This document shows, one piece after another, positions 11,296 to 23,394 of a stretch of DNA of 64,000 nt. Positions within the stretch are counted from its first letter, which is position 1. Every line of letters begins with the position of its first letter. The notes below the pieces were generated by a model that did no database searches, was not told the origin of the DNA, and saw nothing but the letters and a program-made list of their open reading frames with translations. The position numbers were made by a program, and so were the translations under genes. Source of the stretch: Sarea resinae (Eukaryota); assembly GCA_026026165.1 (NCBI GenBank), contig JAPEUD010000063.1:1-64000 (forward strand), read 5' to 3'.

Positions 11296-13101
11296 TCAAT
11301 TGCAATCTTTTGTGCGCAGTGCGAGACGAAGTCTCGAGTAAGGCACATCCACTTTCGTCTGGGTAATCGTTCTGGAATCTTTTGCTAAGCCCTCTTCGAC
11401 CGTCCCAAAGGGCGTGAAATCATCGATAGTGATACCAAGTCCCTTCTCAGAAAACGCACCAAAGCAATCGAGCGATATGATATTTTCTTCGCCATCAGAA
11501 AGTGTTGGCGAGGCAGCGTCCGTTAATAGGAAATCGACGGTCGAAGGGATGGTACCGAATTCAAACAGCGTAGTGGGAGCCTCTTTCGACACGGCCGTTT
11601 CTCCTTCGGCTTGTCTGGGCTTGATCGAATCTCCAGGCGATATGAAGAACTGAACGTAATCGCCCGGTTTTGCCACCTCACCCAAGGCTTCCCGCTGCTC
11701 ATCCTCAACGCTTGCTCCGGAATCGAACGAGAGCCTCGGTTCCTGCGATGGCTTGTATGAAGAGTCAGGGTCTAAAGATAAAAGCCCCTGCTTCTGACCC
11801 CAACCGCCTCCTCCGCTCAGGACACGGTGCAGATGTGCACCTCTCTCCAGGAAGTCACTGATAAATCCATTCCACACGGGGGGCACTGGCACCCAATCAT
11901 TTTTGGCAGCCTTCTTCAGTGAATCGCCATAGTTGAAGCTTGACTCAGGGGAGACATCCACGACAGTCTGGGGTATTACCAGGGCCCAAACCGTCATGGA
12001 TTGTGGCGCGATGTCTCGGCAGTGAAAATAAGTCGAGAAAGCTTTCTCTAGCTCTTGTGAAGCAGGAACGCTCTGCAGATTCCCTTCTCCAAGTCTCAGA
12101 CGACGAACAATATTGCCAATTCCGGCAACAATCTGGCGCGGCTCAGTCAGACCAAACAATGGTAAATCATATGTAATGCTTTCCGAAAGCGATTGCTTGC
12201 AAGCAATTGCAATAGGCGGACAACCAATCTCTCGTCTAGTAAGACGTTCAGGTTGGGAACCACCTGATGCGAATTTCCACTGGGAAGTAAAAATGGTTGA
12301 TGTACGACCATTCTGGAAGATGGTATTTGCGAGCGGCACTTCCACCGTATGACTCTTTTCTGACACAATGTTTTCCCGTCTACTTGAGGTGGGCTGAAAT
12401 TGGAACGAGATAGAGCTGGGCAACTGCACGCGTCTGGAGCTCTGTGTAGCCCCACGTTCTTCTGGATACGGCAGACTCCTGGCTGAGTCCATAACAAGCA
12501 TGGCAATACCCTCAGCGCCCTCGTCTGAAAGTTTGCCCTCCTCGGGACAGGGAATGCGATCAACAACTGCAACCAATGCATCGCAAAGTCGGGAAGCCTT
12601 GGATTTGCTAGACCCTTCAAATAAATGCTGGAGGGCCTTGGAGAGGAATCTTGAATCATCACTGGCCCATCTCGAAAACGAAGGGGTTAGCAGAAAGACA
12701 ATGAGGGCATCCGTAAGGCTTGGTGACTCTAGCTTTGCTGGTAGCTGTGCTACCACTTCTTCCGGTGTCTTGACTCAAAAATCAGATATGGATTCTTTGG
12801 CAGCCATTTGGAATACAGAATTCAGTTTGTACTGATTTGAAGCCATCGAGAGCTGAAAGCTCGAGAGAAGACTTACTGTGTTCAACGGCGATCTCACGAG
12901 AAGTGAACGGACCAGAGGCAGATGTCTATCCTGCTCCGTTCCACCCATGGAAGTATCTCCATTGCCTGATCTAGTGAAAACCTGAGACTTGGAATAATGA
13001 CGACTCGATATCAAAACGCGCTCGGCTCGACAAAGACACGCACTGAACCGCCAGGCACTGTAGAGTCCGCAGCTGGCGGGTCGCAACGGATGGGGAAACA
13101 T
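11296..13101 (-). CDS. conserved hypothetical fungal protein, possible mitochondrial presequence
   Basis: 486-codon ORF joined in phase to an upstream exon by a probable intron at 12795-12876 (GTAAGT..AAG). Motifs VPLANTIFQNG, VPASQELE and LHRVLSGGGGWGQKQGLLSLDP look family-like. N-terminus is Arg/Ser/Leu-rich. Function unknown. Confidence 0.7.
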
Positions 13102-16100
13102 TTCTGTCGGTATTTGAGAGTCTCAAAGCACAATCTTCAGCGTTATCGAGCACCTCTTATTTTTGTTACTGTTAAACTATTTCGTTTACACTTTCTTCAG
13201 TACCTTAGTAAAACATTCGTACGGTTCGACTCCAAAGTCATCATGCCAGCTACCGGAGTAAATTTCTAAGCGAATCATCTCCCGCTTAGCTAAGCCTGTC
13301 GATATGCAATTTAAAATGCATGAGGTCGCAAGAATTCTTCAGCATTTTAGTCCTATTAATTGCTGGAATACATCGAACAGTAATATCATGAATAAAAGGC
13401 TGCTAGGCAGTGAAAACTTTTTGCGTAATAATAAGAAAAGGCGGAGAAGACTGATTATTATTTTCGGTCTCGAAATACCGCGGACTTGAGACCGGTGATC
13501 ACCTGGGGCACTCGGAAATTTGGTATGTCTGTGGAGACAACAAGCACAGGCGGCTACAGTGCTTCCGAGTACCGCTCGCTCGTCCAGGTTCACAAAGGCA
13601 GTCTGCTCTCGCAGAACGCTTTGACGGCGTCTTTGTCGCCACAGCCACGATCATCTTCGAGGCGACGAACACGCGGAGTCGGTCGCTGTTAAACCGCATT
13701 TGCGCTGGATGAATGAAAGGGAGGATCATCCGGTCTTCCGCAACGACAAGCAGCAAGCAACAAAGATGATTCGGAGGGGAAGGAGAGCCGACATCTAAAA
13801 CACCGGAGCGGCCGAGTGCGCTGCGAAAGAGCAGGGCATCCAAGGAACCGGGATCTTTGTCGCTTCGAGATTGAGGCAGAGCGGGCAATCTGACCATTTG
13901 ACTGCCCATGCGTCGGCACCGTCTCGTCCATCGGCTAGATACCGTACTCCGTACTTGGCCGTCATAGAGTACGGCGTAGGAGTAGGATCGGTAGGGTTGC
14001 ATTGACATCCAGTCCGAATCATCGCAGAAGCTTCAGACGTTCAACCTTAGACGTAGCGTTCATGAATGGTCGATGTACGAAGTATCAAGACTAGGTACAC
14101 CAATATCGAGTGCATTCATCATGGCTTCAAAGACCTGCCTTCAGTGCATCTCGAAGCATAGTGTACTGCTCGCGTCTGAACGCGTTCAAGCAAAGGGCCG
14201 CACCCGCAGCGGGCTATCGGCCAAGGGAATCACCTTAGCTAGCTGCCAACCTTGCAGGGAATCCGAAAGAGGTGATGATCCGAAGCGGGAGCGAGCGTGA
14301 AAGCCTGAGCCATCTCAGCTACACTATGAAAGTAGTGAGGTACAGTCTTCTTGCGGCCTATACAAGCTAGCTCCTCAAGCATCTGTGAGGAGCCTCAAAG
14401 CGGAGAAATCAAAGATTGAGTTCATGATATTGGCATGTCCATGCTCTACGGTCTTCGAATTGAAGATCCATGGGGCTCATTTATTCAGAGGAAGCGAGTA
14501 ATCAATCTGCTGGCTCAAGCGTCAACCCCAATTTCGGTTCCTTGGTTGGAGTGGTTACCTACGGAGTAGAACGGTGGTGACCGATCTCAGCTAGTCCCTG
14601 CATGGGACAACAGCAGCTCCGGTTCGGGAATCCTATGTAGTAGAAGCGGAAGCCAGGGCATCCTTGTCCGTGCGGGACGAAGATACTGTACAGACAGAGT
14701 TCATACTCGATCGTAGACGATAACAACTATCAATCTGGCTTAAAGGCTCTCATCTTTATCTGCGGGAGTACGAACACAGACCTTGCATATTGTATGTACT
14801 ATGTAGGTGCGTGATCTCAATGTGAAGCTTCCTGGAGTGGCTGCGGTAACTCTAGTGGTCTGTCAAGATTCTGACAGATGATTGCCTGCATGCATGAACA
14901 TCCATATGCCGTGTGCTCTCCGAGGCAGGTTCGAAGGTACAAAGTTGATACCTGTCGTGACGACCTTGTCTTGCTGCCCCGGTTTTCAGTCGAATCTAAT
15001 GCAGAACACCTATGCATCTCCAGCTACTCCGTACTCTACTCTGCTACTATGTATGTACTTCGTACAGGTCGCCCTGACATTGGCTGACCAATAGGTACTT
15101 CATTGGTACGAGAACGACTCATGGACTGAGGCCGATAACGATTTGAGAATCAGGATCGCCTGCGAACTGAATGTCCAAAGGCTCAGTGAACTCGCTAGAG
15201 GGAAGCGTAGCTAACGGTTCGATAGAGCCTAGGTAGTTCGCCCAAGAAAAGAAGCAAAATACTCCGCCGTAAGATACATCGAACCAGCAAGCTCGAAGCA
15301 AAATCAATCGCCCGGTGGATGCCATCTTAGTTGAAATGGATGGAACGGCATCCATTAGGGACCAGATCATGTACAGTCCTCGATGGTGACGTCGGTGATA
15401 TTCTGCCTTCTCATCCTAATATGGCTTTGCTTTTCGGTGATAGGTGCCTGAGACTTCATCCATCCATCATGTGCAGTGGACAGGACCCGTGATAGCCTAG
15501 GTGTCCGCACAACAGAGTCAAAGGGCGAATGCCAGAAGCCCACTGGATCATCTCAATGAGCTGGAGGGTCTTGACCTAAGCATGAAGTAGAGTATAGCCA
15601 AGGTGAAACCGAGGATGTCCCTTCTTGAGCATCTCCCCCCCTGTGCATCATGGCCTCCAATGAGGAGTGCTTCTTGATGTTTACCTCTTTACCTTCAGCC
15701 CCATAGAAACAGTTGTACGTACAGAATCACAATGGAAGGGCCACCGAGGGAAGTGTACTCCGTAGAGTAGAGAGTGAGTACGAGGAAGGGAGAGAGGTAC
15801 GGCTCCGGTACCTCCAGTCTTGGGGAGAACTCAGGCAACCGATCATCTCCTGGCCCCGTACCTTAGTCCCTCATTAGTCTCTCGTAGCCTCTGCTGGTCT
15901 CGCGTCAGCCTGTCAATCCCCCTCGCTCGACCGTCCCCATTGACCAATCGTGGGCACAAATCTCTCTCAATCTCTCTGGACGGCGTCCCCCTTAGTGGCC
16001 TCTGGATGTGTGCTCCATGCTCGTCACGGCTGCCACGCCTGCCCGCTCTCTCCGCCCCCATCAGCCATTTGCCCCAATGGGCAAAGTGTTGACGAGTCCT

Positions 16101-17019
16101 TGTCCACGGTAATCACATTCGATCAATTCCTGCGTACGTCTTCGTACGCCTAGTGCCCTTGGAGGTTCGTCACTACGGAGTATGTACATTAGTCGACTGG
16201 GCTGTTCGTATCTACTCATAGTAATAATAATGCTGCTGGACTGCATCGTACGAAGTAGAGTGGGTGACTTGCAGATAGGGGCAACATCAGTGCGGGCCCA
16301 AGTACTGCCACTGTACGAGGTACTCCAGGCCTGTATTATTTGCACGTTTCCCACCAACACCCGACCGTTCACTCCGTCGACCATCTTGAACCACACCTCC
16401 ACCACACACATCCTAACTACATCCCCATCTCCCTCTCTTCCTCACCTCCTCTCCCTCTCACCGACTTCCGCTCCTCTCCCCCCCTCCCTCCCCCCTCATC
16501 TCTTCCCTCGAGCGATCTTCGGATCATCCTGCAGGCCCAGTATCATCAGTTCTCCAGGACTGTGTGATATTCGTGGCCGTCCGTTCCTTTCTTACGCTCC
16601 TTTCATATGATCCATCCCGTCGACGCAAGTCTCTGCGGGCTCTGAGACTTGGGCCGTCCATACATTGACGTATGTCATCAATTCATGCCGCTGTCGCTCC
16701 TCTTCGATCGGGCTGACGACTGAGACTCACTCTTCAGATTTCATCTTCAGCACTTTCTTTCCGTATCTCGATTTAGCGACCATCTTGCATTTTCGTCGTC
16801 TCTCATCGTGACCGCCGACCATATATCGAGCTACATTTACGCAGCACATCTGGCACCGTCGGCCACTCGTAATCTATTCCAGACCAACTGTGCGGGACCT
16901 GTTTCAGCATACATCGACCATTGAATGATCTATTCACTTCCGATCATTCAACTCTTTTGGGCTCTTCGATCTATCGCTGGCGTCGCCGGCTGTCAGCTCG
17001 ATCCTGAAAGTCGTTTACA

Positions 17020-19818
17020 ATGGCCGAGGTGTCGCTGGCGAGCCCACAAAACACTCCAACCATGTATTCCGATCCTTCGCCTGGCTCAGAAATCTATTCG
17101 AGAACATCACCGATGATGGCGACCGCACCAGAACCAAATCCGCCCTTCGTCTTTCCAGCACGTCGCGCCCCTCAACCGAGACCAAACTCATTGACAGCAA
17201 CCTTGAATAGGCGACCGATGTCTTCTCATGATCTTCTGAACAGGCCGGCTGCAAGCGAAGTCAATGCCTTAAAACGCAATTCAGTTGGTGGACTTCCTGA
17301 TTTCTCGTTCCGTCCCTCTAGTACCGATCTGGAGCCTCCCACACCATCGCCTACATCGGGTCAGTTCATACCGACGAGACCTGTCGGGCATCGTCGCGGT
17401 GGAAGTGAGTTCGTTGGAAGTGATGGACAATCTGGGAGCGATGTGATGAGCACAAGCCCAACCAAGGGTGAAGAAGGTGTACCTTCGCCGCCTGTTCCAG
17501 CCGCTCGATCAGGACCAAGCCCAGGCAGACGTGGCCATGCTCATCGTCGCTCAGGTGCAATATCCTGTCATGACTTGAATATGATTCTGCAGCCTGCCAA
17601 CGCAAGCGTTTCGACGAGGGCAGGTAGTGCACCAGCAAGTCCTTTGGAGATGCACGGCAGCCAATCTTTTCCTAAAGAGAACGCGTCTACCCAGCCAATG
17701 CCAAAGACACCGACAAAAGCGTTGCCTGAATCGCCTGATTCTTCCAACATCACACCAAAAGAATCGCCAACGAAGAGCGAGTCTGAGCAGACTCGCGCTC
17801 GCGTAGAGTTCTCAGATACGCTGGAGTTTATCCCCCGCCCCTTGTCTATAATTTCATCGGAGACCTCGAGTACCATGTCAACCGTCCGTGGTCACTCTGC
17901 ATCTGGAAGTATTTCGTCTGTCATCAGTGGTGGCACTGCTAGCCCTCCATCTCTCAAAGCTGGCCGTCCATCTCTAAGCACCACGTTTGAGGAAGACTCA
18001 GAGGCTCATCCGCAGAGACCCAAGACAGCCGAGCCAGACTTGACTGGGTTGAAAACTAGACGGTCGCTAATGCTTGGGGAATTTCCAACATCTTCAAAGC
18101 GGCCAATGTCGGTTTCGGCTCCCTCCTCACCAACGACCTCAGCTGAAAATTCTCCCGTCACTTTGAACTTCCCGCCAAAGAAGAAGCACTTCTTCCGTAA
18201 TTCATCACCCAGATCTTCGCTTTCCAAGGAGATCCGAGAGCCGGTGCTGCTCGATTCGCCTCCACAGTCCCCGAAGCCTGAAGCATTACCACAAGCTGAA
18301 CGCATCGCTTCACAGTGCAGCATCGATGGCCACCGAGAGAGAAAAGCTTCGAGGAAACAGAAGAAAGTGAAATCATGGGCAGGTTCGATATTGTCTAGGA
18401 AATCCAAGCACCGGAATCAAAAACATAAGACCTTAGGACGCCGCACGCCGACGCCGCCTCTCCGCAACTACTCCCCATCACCGATCACCTCCGAAATCAT
18501 CCCATCAAGCAGAAGCTCGGACGATCTTCTGTCGGCCAAGACCGCTACCTTGTCTCCGAAACCTGAAGCTACTGACTTTGCCAACTGGAAACCGAGAGAG
18601 ACTTCCCCTCAGGATTTCGAGTCCATGAGCCCCGTGATCGACCTGGATGCCGCCCTAGGACCTTTTAATACACCTAGCCTAGGACCAGAATTTGGCAGCG
18701 CTCCAAATGGCGGTTTCGTAGCGGCTAAGCGTCGCATGCACAGCAGTGGTTCAACCGGAGGTTTCATGGGTCCCGGCATGCACTACCACCGACGAGCAGA
18801 AAGCGCGCCTGAAATGGCGGCGTTCGACCTGAGCCACTTCGGTCTGAACCGTTTGGCTAGTACTTCTACCATGGCGGATGTCTTCGAGGAAGATGAAGAG
18901 GACGATTTTGAAGAAGGCGAAACTCCGAAGGCACAAGATGACGCAGTAGAAGATGCGCAAGACACCGGACTGGGGATAGGTATCCAAGTAGTCGATGCTG
19001 ACAAGAACAGCCAGTGCATGGACTGGAGTTTGGATGAAGAGGGCGCGTTCCGAAGGGGCATCAAACGTAAAGGCAGCGGCCTTAGTGAAGGGGAGAGGCG
19101 CCACTCTGGAATGGCTTTGAAGACTGAGAGTTCGGCGGGCTCGTTGCTCGAGGAAGCAATTCCCGAGGAGTCGATCCGAAGTGAGGGCAAGGGTGGCGAG
19201 CAGGCTCTCTCTTCATCGCCGACCGAATCTTCTGACTCTACTGTTACATCAAGCCCACACCAAGGGACTTCGACGGATGACCCAGCGAAGCAGACCGTCA
19301 AGGCCGCAACATATCTGTTGCCCGAGACACCATCTTCTCTCTGGACCTCGCCTTTCCCTTCACCAGAATTTTCGACGAATTCCTGTGAGATCCCGCGAAT
19401 CGGCACCGCTACGTCTTCCATCACAGATGACCGCACATTGAACTCTCTCTTGCTTGGAGAACCTGGCCCAGAGCTGAGAATGTCAGTGGATGATGTTCCG
19501 TCCTTGACAAGCAGTGATTCTACCACGCCAAGCGCCAGTCATAGCCACTTCCCCAGCAACTTTCTCTTTCGCTCTTCAGGAGAGCGTTCTGCGTCGTTAT
19601 CTTCCGCACGAACCGCTCGCTCGGGACACTCGGGACACAAGAGATCCAGTCTCGCCAGCTTTTCAAGGCTCGTCTCGAGTTCACATGGCGAAAAGAGCAA
19701 ACTCTCTATCGAGGAGAAGGCCCAGCCTGAGAGCGTCGAGAAGCCAAAGGACAAGAAGGGGAAGCGTATCAGTCGAATGATGCAATTTTGGAAACCTAAA
19801 GACACATCTAGTTCATGA
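17020..19818 (+). CDS. Ser/Pro-rich conserved fungal protein (family often labelled 'cell wall proline-rich protein'; probably intracellular and disordered)
   Basis: 932-aa intronless ORF with short motifs HRRGGSEFVG, GRRGHAHRRSGAIS, VEFSDTLEFIPRPLS, IDLDAALGPFNTP, HYHRRAESAPEM. No signal peptide is visible. Confidence 0.75.
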   Translation: MAEVSLASPQNTPTMYSDPSPGSEIYSRTSPMMATAPEPNPPFVFPARRAPQPRPNSLTATLNRRPMSSHDLLNRPAASEVNALKRNSVGGLPDFSFRPSSTDLEPPTPSPTSGQFIPTRPVGHRRGGSEFVGSDGQSGSDVMSTSPTKGEEGVPSPPVPAARSGPSPGRRGHAHRRSGAISCHDLNMILQPANASVSTRAGSAPASPLEMHGSQSFPKENASTQPMPKTPTKALPESPDSSNITPKESPTKSESEQTRARVEFSDTLEFIPRPLSIISSETSSTMSTVRGHSASGSISSVISGGTASPPSLKAGRPSLSTTFEEDSEAHPQRPKTAEPDLTGLKTRRSLMLGEFPTSSKRPMSVSAPSSPTTSAENSPVTLNFPPKKKHFFRNSSPRSSLSKEIREPVLLDSPPQSPKPEALPQAERIASQCSIDGHRERKASRKQKKVKSWAGSILSRKSKHRNQKHKTLGRRTPTPPLRNYSPSPITSEIIPSSRSSDDLLSAKTATLSPKPEATDFANWKPRETSPQDFESMSPVIDLDAALGPFNTPSLGPEFGSAPNGGFVAAKRRMHSSGSTGGFMGPGMHYHRRAESAPEMAAFDLSHFGLNRLASTSTMADVFEEDEEDDFEEGETPKAQDDAVEDAQDTGLGIGIQVVDADKNSQCMDWSLDEEGAFRRGIKRKGSGLSEGERRHSGMALKTESSAGSLLEEAIPEESIRSEGKGGEQALSSSPTESSDSTVTSSPHQGTSTDDPAKQTVKAATYLLPETPSSLWTSPFPSPEFSTNSCEIPRIGTATSSITDDRTLNSLLLGEPGPELRMSVDDVPSLTSSDSTTPSASHSHFPSNFLFRSSGERSASLSSARTARSGHSGHKRSSLASFSRLVSSSHGEKSKLSIEEKAQPESVEKPKDKKGKRISRMMQFWKPKDTSSS

Positions 19819-20410
19819 GAGATGGTGTTCTATAGGTTCCCGGGCCATCGAGCGTGTCTACACACTCTTGCCCGCCTCTCGATTTATGTCATTCCTGTAC
19901 TTCTGGAATGTTGATGGCACTGGTATGAAGGATGGATTTCATTTGTGGATATGCCCCAGTTTTCGGACTTCTCTTCGCTTCCATTATGTCAGATCTCTGT
20001 CGAACGGCGTACGCCTAAGGGCCTCTGCGTCTTCCAGACTTTACGGCCAAGGTTCTTTTTTTACTGTCCTCTTTGTTCTCTGCATGGAGGGATGGGTCCT
20101 TGAGCGAGGCCTTTTCATGGCCTTTTCCTCTCATTTCGTATCTTCCGCTGTGCTGTGCTCTGCTGTGCTGTGCTTTTCGTGTTGAGTGCTACATCATCGT
20201 GCTGTCGAGTGCTATGTGCTCTGTGCTCTGTTGCATTGGCGGCTGGCTCTCTTTTCCGTTCTCTCTCTCTCTCGACTTTACCTAGTAGTCAGTCTGTCCG
20301 CCGGGAGGGGTTTTATTTGGAGTCAATTTAATCTTTCCCATCTCCGGGATCGGGATCTGGAGCATCTACCCAATCACAAGCACCAACCACCGACCACCAA
20401 CCTATCACGT

Positions 20411-21390
20411 ATCCATCCATCCATCCATCCATCCATCCATTTCTTCCTTCCTTTCTTCCTTGCTCCCGTCTTCCCGGGGTTCTTGGGAGCGTGTTTCTTT
20501 TTTCCCTCCCTTCTCTTAGCTAGCTAGGGCTACTTTTAGCTGGAAAGAAAAGTCGAAAGATTAGATAGATAAGTCTCAATCGATGCGAGTTTGGATGGAT
20601 CGACTTTTTCGTATCGGTTTCGTAGTGTGAGTTGAGAAAATGGCATCGTGTCGCCCGGGTCCGGGTCCGGGTCGTGGTCGTGGTCGTGGTCGTTCGTGGT
20701 CGTGGTCCTGGCCGCCCCCCTGAAGTGTATCGTTTGAACCTACTGCAGTACCTACCTATGCCATTGGCCATGGCCATCACCACCATGACCATCGGGACAC
20801 GTCACTCTCCCTACCTACGTCCATGACCATGACCATGACCATGACCATGATCGCAGCACAGTACATTGTAGTTTAGTGCAAAGGTGGGGCCTACGGAGAA
20901 GAGACGGAACGAACAAACAAACGAACGAACGAACGAAATCGAGATATTCGATTTTTGTACTTGGATCCCGTCCCGTCCCGTCCCATGCCGTCCCATGCCG
21001 GCCTTGACTAGCTATCTACCTCTTATTTACTCTAGCTACCTACTCTAGCTACCTACCCTTACCTAGGTAACTATTGAAACGACGCGACGCGACGCGTGGA
21101 AAAGAAGCCAGTCGCCCTCCTCCTTCCGACTCCCAAGCCCAAGCCCAAGAACAAGAACAAGAACAAGAACAAGAACAAGAAGAAGGAGAAGAGAGAAAAA
21201 GCAAATTCGGCCGAGGAAACAGGAATCGAGCCCAGATAGAAAAAAAGCAAACGCGAACGGAAACGGAAACGCGAACGCGAACCGTGGATCCCGCGGGGAA
21301 GTAAAGGAAGTAAAGGAAGAAAGACAAGGGGGAAAAAAAGGGGAGGAAGGAAGACCATCAAGCAAGACAATCCAATCCAATCAATCAATC
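20411..21390. repeat. microsatellite-dense spacer between convergent genes
   Basis: (CATC)n 20411-20440, (GGTCGT)n ~20670-20706, (CCATGA)n 20821-20850, (CAAGAA)n 21146-21181 and others. Confidence 0.88.
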
Positions 21391-22801
21391 AAAAGGCACG
21401 CGGCGCAGCGCCTGGGCGCCGCCGCCCATGCGCTTCTTCATCTCCTGCGCCGCGCCGAGGGAGCTGGGCACCTTGATGCCGCAGCAGTCGCCCCAGCTGC
21501 TGTGCTGGTGCACGTGGCGCATGCCGTCCTGCATGACGACGACGCCGGGGTTGCCGTCGGCGTTGGCGGAAGAAGAAGAGGGGGCGTCGGCGTCGGCGTC
21601 GACATCGGCAAAGTCGTCCTCGGTGCTCATGCCGTCGACGGCCGGCACCAGCGCGCCGAACAGGAAATGCTGCATGACGGGCAGCTTGCGCAGGACCTCG
21701 GCGACGAACATGCGGCGCATGCCCGCCTCGACCTTGGCCCAGTTCTTGGCCGCCGAGATGTCGTCCAGCATCGGGCTGTGCCAGCGCAGGCCCTCGACGT
21801 TCTTGACGCTCGACACGAACGCCACTTGGCTGATGTACAGGTACTCGGATGCGTAGTCGGTCAGCACCAGCGGGTTGTGGATTGACAGCGGCGTGATGAA
21901 GGCGTGGTGCAGGAGCTGCGAGGCCCCGAAGAGGAAGGGCAGGAATTGGTAGTCGTCGAGCCCCCAGACGCCGTGCGAGCCCGCGGGTTCGAGGTAGTAG
22001 GTCGATTGCACTTGGCGCATCAGGCCGAGGTAGCGCGTGAAGACGTGGAGCACGAGGGATGGGAAGGTGGTGGCGGGTAGAAGGGACAGTTGGTAGAGGG
22101 TGAGGCTGCGAGAGGAGTGAGTTAGTTTTCGGCGGGTTTGGTTTGCGTTGAGAGGGGGGGGGGTTTGCTTACAGCCAAACGATGAAGTTCAACTCATGGC
22201 CAGAGCCGTAGTCGATTCTTGTCCGGTTCCCGAAACTCTGCAGGAAGTACGTCGACACCTCCTCGATGGCCGCATTGTCGGTGAGCCCCAGTTTCTCCCG
22301 ATGCCACCCCTCGCTCTCCTTCTCCAGCTCGTCGAGGAAGCGACAGAAGCCCTTGTTCCCGAACCGCGAACCGCCTTGGTCGACGGGTGGGCATCGCTTC
22401 AGCACCTCCTCCGCTGAGTTCAAGATGTCGAGGATATTTCGGACCGTAGAGTGCGTGGGGGCGTCTTTGATGGCCGAGACGGGCGTGTCGCGGACCGAGT
22501 CGGAGAGGGAGAAGACAAAGGAGAGGACGAGCGTGTAGGTCTTTGATTGTAGGAAGAGCTGATGGTCTTCCGGAGAGAGGATGCGGCGGGTGGGTTTGGT
22601 AAAGGTGATGGTCTCCAGAGCGGGTGGGGGCGGCAGTGATGGCGTTTCCGGGACGGGGAGCGGGTTTGAAGGCGGGGCGCGTCGCCGCGGGGTGAGTTTG
22701 GGGAGTTTCGTAGTTTTCGAGAGGTCCGGTGGGTTGGAGGGAATCTGAGAGGGAGATAGGGGCTGAGGGTGGGCCACGGGGCGGTCTGTTGCTGATGGCA
22801 T
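21385..22801 (-). CDS. rrd2: PP2A phosphotyrosyl phosphatase activator (PTPA; Rrd2/Ypa2-like)
   Basis: [27 protein letters not shown], intron 22106-22172, [63 protein letters not shown]. The start could instead be the ATG at 22843. Confidence 0.9.
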
Positions 22802-23394
22802 CGTTGATATATCGGTGGTGTACGATGGGTTGTGTTGTGGCATTGATCGTCTGGGGATGATGAAGGTGATCTGAGTAGGTAGTGGTGGCATTACATATCT
22901 CACCTGTAGCCTCCCATGGATCCATACAGGTATGTACTTCAGTAGGTAACGGGGTGGAGGGGCGGACTATCCATAATCCGCCCCGGAGAACGAAGTACGA
23001 CGGTCGGGTCCGCAGGTTCACCCTCAAGTTTGGCCTGGCTACTTTCCTTGGATTACGCTTGAAAGAGAATTGTATGTCAAGCAGTCACAGGGGTGAGCCC
23101 ATGCAGAAAAGACTCAAAGTGATATATATCTCTATTTCTATCGATGCGGGGCTCATCGTGCACTAAAGGAAAGAAGAGCGCTGCCGTCTATTGCAGCCCC
23201 GAGGCGAACCCAGCCAAGCTGCTCGAACGCCATTCACGCAGCGTCAAGACTGCTGACAACCATACAAACACATGGACGCCAAACCCAAGCACAATCAGAA
23301 CATCACCAGTGTCGTCGGATGTCCAAACGTCCTTTCCAAATCCTTGGACTGAGCCAACGGACTGGTTGGACTGATGCACATCGACTGCACCGAA

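Noticed and set aside
13223..13233. B-box-like GGTTCGACTCC suggesting a tRNA
   Set aside because: The flanks do not form a T-stem and no cloverleaf can be built.
18783..19526. Long antisense ORFs (also 50008-50790, 58143-58766, 56153-56767, 22194-23027)
   Set aside because: Shadow or alternative-frame ORFs of real GC-rich or Ser-rich genes, with no recognisable motifs.
20600..21400. Tandem repeats as a CRISPR array or coding repeat proteins
   Set aside because: Simple 4-6-bp microsatellites without unique spacers, in a eukaryotic genome.
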